Source: Lama glama
Taxonomy: Eukaryota
Direction: 5' to 3'
DNA: 64,000 bases
NCBI GenBank assembly: GCA_028534125.1
Contig: CM052824.1
Span: forward strand, 59,768,001-59,832,000
The translations under genes and the position numbers were made by a program. This document shows positions 59,991 through 64,000 of this stretch, piece after piece (positions within the stretch are counted from its first letter, which is position 1; every line of letters begins with the position of its first letter). The notes beneath the pieces were generated by a model that worked only from the letters and a program-made list of their open reading frames with translations, was not told the DNA's origin and searched no databases.

Positions 59991-60966
59991 GGTGACCCCA
60001 CCCGCAGACCGTGCCTCTTGCACTGAGCCTGGCCCTGCCCTATCCCCCGTCCTTCAGAGCTCCCACCCCCACCCCTCTGCCCGGTGGCCCTGCTTGGGCT
60101 CTGACCCAGGCTGGGTCTTTCCAGCTGCCTGGGGCCAAAGTCACCTTGGAGGTTAGTAGGGAGGAGCAGCCCCTCCCTCCCAGGGCCAAACCCCTCTACC
60201 ACCTGGTTCAGTGGGTGGGGCCAGGATCGGCCCCACCCCTCAGTCTCCTCCCCCTGGCCCAGCCTGCTCCACCACTTCCTCCTGCAGCCAGTCCCAGTCA
60301 CCCACTGGTGGTTGGCAGATGGGAATCCACACCCCGGCTTTTACAAAGAAGACAGCGCCCCAGCAGGATCCGGGCAGCTGGTCAGGAGAACGCTGGGAGC
60401 CCCCACCGAGGACAGCACTGCTGGAGCTGAGAAAGGCGCCATGCGCGGGAACTGGGAGGGCTGGCGGGGGGTTCCCCTGGGAGCCGACTGTCCTCTTGGC
60501 ACCTGGCCCAGCAGCGCCCTGCCCACCCAGGTGGGCCATCACCCTCTCTGGCAAGCAGGACACTTCTTCCCCGTCCAGGCTGGCTGACCACTCAGAGGCC
60601 AGGCCAGCCTGCCTCTCCCACCTGCATGTCACAGGGGGTCCTTGGGGAGCAGACCGGCTGGGAGGTGGGGCCGTGAGGGAGGAGATGGATGGGGAACACC
60701 CTGGAGGGTCTCCCTCAGGCTCTGCCACGCCCTAAGTCCTCAGACCCACTGGGCAGGCTGGGCCCCAAGGGCTCGTGGGGATGGAATTGCCGTGACGCTC
60801 CAGGCTCCAGACAGGCCAGGGCCGAGGTCTAGCACCGGGACCACGAGCGTGACCACACACACGGGGGCCAGCTCCGGCCCACGGCACTGTGGGGATTTTG
60901 CAGGGACTTGTGTGGCCTTCACCCGGGTTCACGTTCAACGTGCACATTCAGGCATTAAAGAAACAC

Positions 60967-60972
60967 TTTAAT
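60967..60972 (-). terminator. ARHGEF16 polyadenylation signal ATTAAA
   Basis: tttaat on + strand, ~500 nt after the stop, in a local AT-rich island. Confidence 0.75.
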
Positions 60973-61469
60973 GTCTCAGTCACAGTTCCAGGGATGGCGC
61001 TGCAGGATCACCTCTCTCCAGCTGCCCACCTGCCCCCGGACGCAGGGCAGCCCCAGGCCCTCCAGGCCCGCTTCGTCTTGCACTGGGGCAGGAGCGCTGT
61101 GGGAGGGGCACCCTCAGGGTCATCCCTCTATCTCATGCCCACAGCCCAACTGCCCTGCGGGTGCACAGGAGGGCAGAGTGGGGCGGCCAGGAGCTGGGGG
61201 AGGGTGCAGCCAGCAGCAGGGCACAGGGCCGGGCTGGGGTCCTCCCGGGGACACAGCTGGGCCCGGGCTGGCACCGCTCCGTGAGCCCGTCTGGCGGGTG
61301 CTCCCCGACGAGCAGGCGGGACCTTCCTCCTTGGAAGTGTCTGGAGCACGTGCTGCAGCCCGTGGGGCCTCAGAGGGACCAGGGACCTTCCAGGCCCCCT
61401 GGAGATGGGCACGGCCACTTGCTAGAGTGTGGACCACAGCGGGGTCTGGTGATGTGCCCGCAGGCCCGG

Positions 61470-61609
61470 CTATACATCCGTCTCCACCCGCAGCCGCTCC
61501 ATCCTGCGCACGTTGTCCTCCACGGCCTCGCGGCTCGTGATGCTCCGGGCAAAGTCCTCGGGGAACCAGCCGGTTTCTCCATCCCGCAGCCTCTCGCCAT
61601 AGAACCATC
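61470..61609 (-). CDS. ARHGEF16: ARHGEF16 last coding exon (SH3 C-terminal half; PDZ-binding-type ETDV C-terminus)
   Basis: cag|GA TGG TTC...; TAG at 61472-61470. Confidence 0.95.
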
Positions 61610-63924
61610 CTGAACCCAGACACAGGGCAGGTGAGAGCAGGGTCCTGAGGACCAGGCAGGGGCCCAGCGTTGGCACCCCCGGTCCTCGGAGCTGCTGCTC
61701 CAGGAGACGCCAGGGCCCAGCATTCCTTGGGGCCGCCCCCATACCCCGCAGGCCTTGCTCAAGGGCACCTGATGGGAAACTAGGTCCCGACACCAGTATC
61801 GGGGGCTGAGCACGTTCCAGCCTGGTTTGCCCATCCTGTACAGGTGTGCGCAGGGGCCACCCCTCCCACTTAGGATACTGGGACCGAGAGCCCACTTTTG
61901 ATGCTATGACTCTGGGACATTTGAAGACATCCTTGATGGAGGGTGCTGGAGGGGGCGTGGGAATCAGGCCCACCATGAGCTCGGGCAGTGACTGCTCCTG
62001 GGGAGGGCGGGCTCGGGACAGCTGCCCGTGCCACGTGCTCTGGACTCTCCCCGGGGCCTCAGATGCTCGCTCGGCACCAGCCCCTCCCGCCTGCCCCACG
62101 CCCACCCCACTGTGCTTACCATCCTCGTGCTCCAGGACCAGGACCACATCTGCCTGCTGCAGCGTGATCTCGTCTACCTGCTTGGCCAAGTAGGCCTTGG
62201 TGATCTCCACCTGGAGCAGGTCTGCAGGGGGTGGAGGCGTCAGTGACAGGACTGTTGCAGGGTCGGGGTGGGCCGGGCGCTCTGCAGCCTGAGTCGGGCA
62301 GGGCCCAGCTCCAACCCACCCTCTGTGGCCTGGCCCCGGTGGGGCCCTCAGGTGTCCCAGCACATGGACACGTGGCAGCTTCCCTTCAGCTAAAGCAAGG
62401 ACCGCTCCAGAAGCTGCGATTCCGGGGCCAAAGCGTCCAGCACCGGCAGAGAGCGCTCCCGGCTACTAAGGGCCGAGCAGGGCCGGAGCTGGGCTGACAG
62501 ATCCGCAGGCCAGTCCACTCCAGCTCTTCGGCCTGAGTTTCTGCAGCCACTGGGCGGCGCTCCCTCCCCAGTGCAGGGAGGATGAGACCCTGAGCATTGC
62601 TGCTGGGTCTGTGCGCACAGATGGCACACACGTGGGGCTGGAGCCCCACCCCCACCCTGGCAGGCCACCCTGGGGGCAGGCCCTGGGGCAGACAGAAGGC
62701 TGCACGGCACCTCTCCTCTCCAGGCCGACCCTCAGCCCAGGGCAGGGCAGCCACTCACCTCCTTTGTTGGTGGGGCCCCGCTCCTGCCTCTCCTTGTGCG
62801 TGAGGGCCGTGACCCACCGTGCCCGGTCACTCCTGGGGGCAGACAGAGCCTGAGCGAGGCCTGGGGCTGACTCCACCAGCTGGTGATCTCAGACCCCGCC
62901 CCCACAGCATGGCATGGTGGGAAGATAGGGGGTCCCTGAGCAACCCCCACAACCTTTGAGGTGGGATAAGCAGTTGGATGCAGGCTCAGGCTGCCTTGGG
63001 TGCCCTGTGGTGAGTGGGCCCTGAGCCAGGAGGTGTGCATGGGTGGCCCCCTGCCTCCCAGACCCACTGCACTGGGGGTCACTGCACAGGTAGTCACGGA
63101 CATGTGAAGAAGTGGCAGGCAGGCCTCCTCCAAGGCAGGCTGATCCTAAGTCATACCTGCCCAGGGCCACAGAGTCGGGCGGCGGCTGTCCCCGCAGAAC
63201 CCAGGCCTCCCTGTTCCGTGGCCCTGGGCCCAGAGCGCCCTGCACTTGTCAGCTTGCTGTTGAACATGCTCAGCCTCGCCTCCTTACCGGAAAGGAGGGA
63301 GCGTGGAAGCTGAGCCAGCACCTTTCTGTATGCTGGTCCCCACTCTCTGACCTCACCACCCCCGTATCCCGACCCTGTGCTCCAGCCTGCTGTCCTCCTG
63401 GGCAGGGGCCTCCTGCCCCAGGGCCTTTGCACTGCCGTGCCTCTGCCAGAACCTCCCCCTCCTCTGCGACCCTGGGCTGCCTTGCTGGGGAGGCTTCCGG
63501 CCCAGCCCCAACTGGGCGCTCCCTTCCCTGCCTTGCTTTGCTCCTTAGTCTGCATCCCTTGGTCACACCAGATGGTTCAGCTGCGCATCTTGTGGCTGGC
63601 ATGTCCCGCCCCCCCCGCCCCCAAGGTGTGAACTGTGTGAGGACTAGGCTGTCCCTGGCACAGTGCAGCGCCCGGGAACACTGACCACGTCCCCACGGAG
63701 CTGTGAAGGCTGCCCCTCCCAGAGCCCAGCCTTACGCGGAGTCGGAGGACAGCAGGAGCCTCTCCTGGCGGCCCTCACTGTTGTGCAGCAGAGTCAGCTG
63801 GAAGGGGTGCGGCACGGAGGAGCAGCGGTTGCCGCCCCCTGGCAGAGAGAGCTCCGAGGGCTCCATCTTCTGGACCTGGATGTGGTCCACCTGGGCGTAG
63901 TCCTGGACCACGAAGCTGTCTTCA
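61470..63924 (-). CDS. ARHGEF16: Rho guanine nucleotide exchange factor 16 (Ephexin-4), last four coding exons (PH-domain end and SH3); gene continues beyond the window
   Basis: Four in-frame exons ending [33 protein letters not shown]; synteny with MEGF6. Confidence 0.95.
62120..62221 (-). CDS. ARHGEF16: ARHGEF16 exon ([35 protein letters not shown]), SH3 N-terminal half
   Basis: cag|AC...G|gtaagc; 102 nt. Confidence 0.94.
62759..62832 (-). CDS. ARHGEF16: ARHGEF16 exon ([24 protein letters not shown])
   Basis: cag|G AGT...G|gtgagt; 74 nt. Confidence 0.93.
63736..63924 (-). CDS. ARHGEF16: ARHGEF16 exon ([22 protein letters not shown]...[10 protein letters not shown]), PH domain
   Basis: cag|T GAA...GC|gtaag; 189 nt. 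Confidence 0.93.
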
Positions 63925-64000
63925 CTGCAGGCAGACAGACGGTTGGCCATGCTGCAGGGGTCTGCGGGCAGCCCAGGCTCCCCGCGCCTCTGGCTCCCCT

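Overview
GC-rich mammalian (placental, probably non-primate; species not determinable) genomic DNA, equivalent to the human 1p36.32 MEGF6/ARHGEF16 locus. The + strand carries MEGF6. Bases 1-19.4 kb are a long intron of the upstream full-length form. A CpG-island internal promoter follows, with an alternative signal-peptide first exon (ATG 19766), then 34 further coding exons to the stop at 54152. The spliced CDS is 4461 nt (1486 aa by my exon sum), and all internal exons are phase 1-1 with GT-AG boundaries. The - strand carries the last four coding exons of ARHGEF16 (PH end and SH3; stop 61470-61472), convergent with MEGF6. The rest is intron or intergenic DNA with old, GC-shifted repeats (MLT1, L1M, L2, MIR, MER33); I found no young SINE. 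Most supplied ORFs are GC-content artefacts. Best leads: (1) a frameshifted EGF pseudo-exon at 6638-6771 with intact splice sites, a possible poison exon for the long isoform only; (2) an unexplained ~90-bp inverted repeat flanking 967 bp just behind the internal promoter; (3) a palindromic, hairpin-embedded ATTAAA poly(A) element usable on both strands between the convergent genes; (4) an L1-derived AATAAA as the first canonical MEGF6 poly(A) signal. Ortholog and repeat-family comparisons are from memory and need database confirmation.
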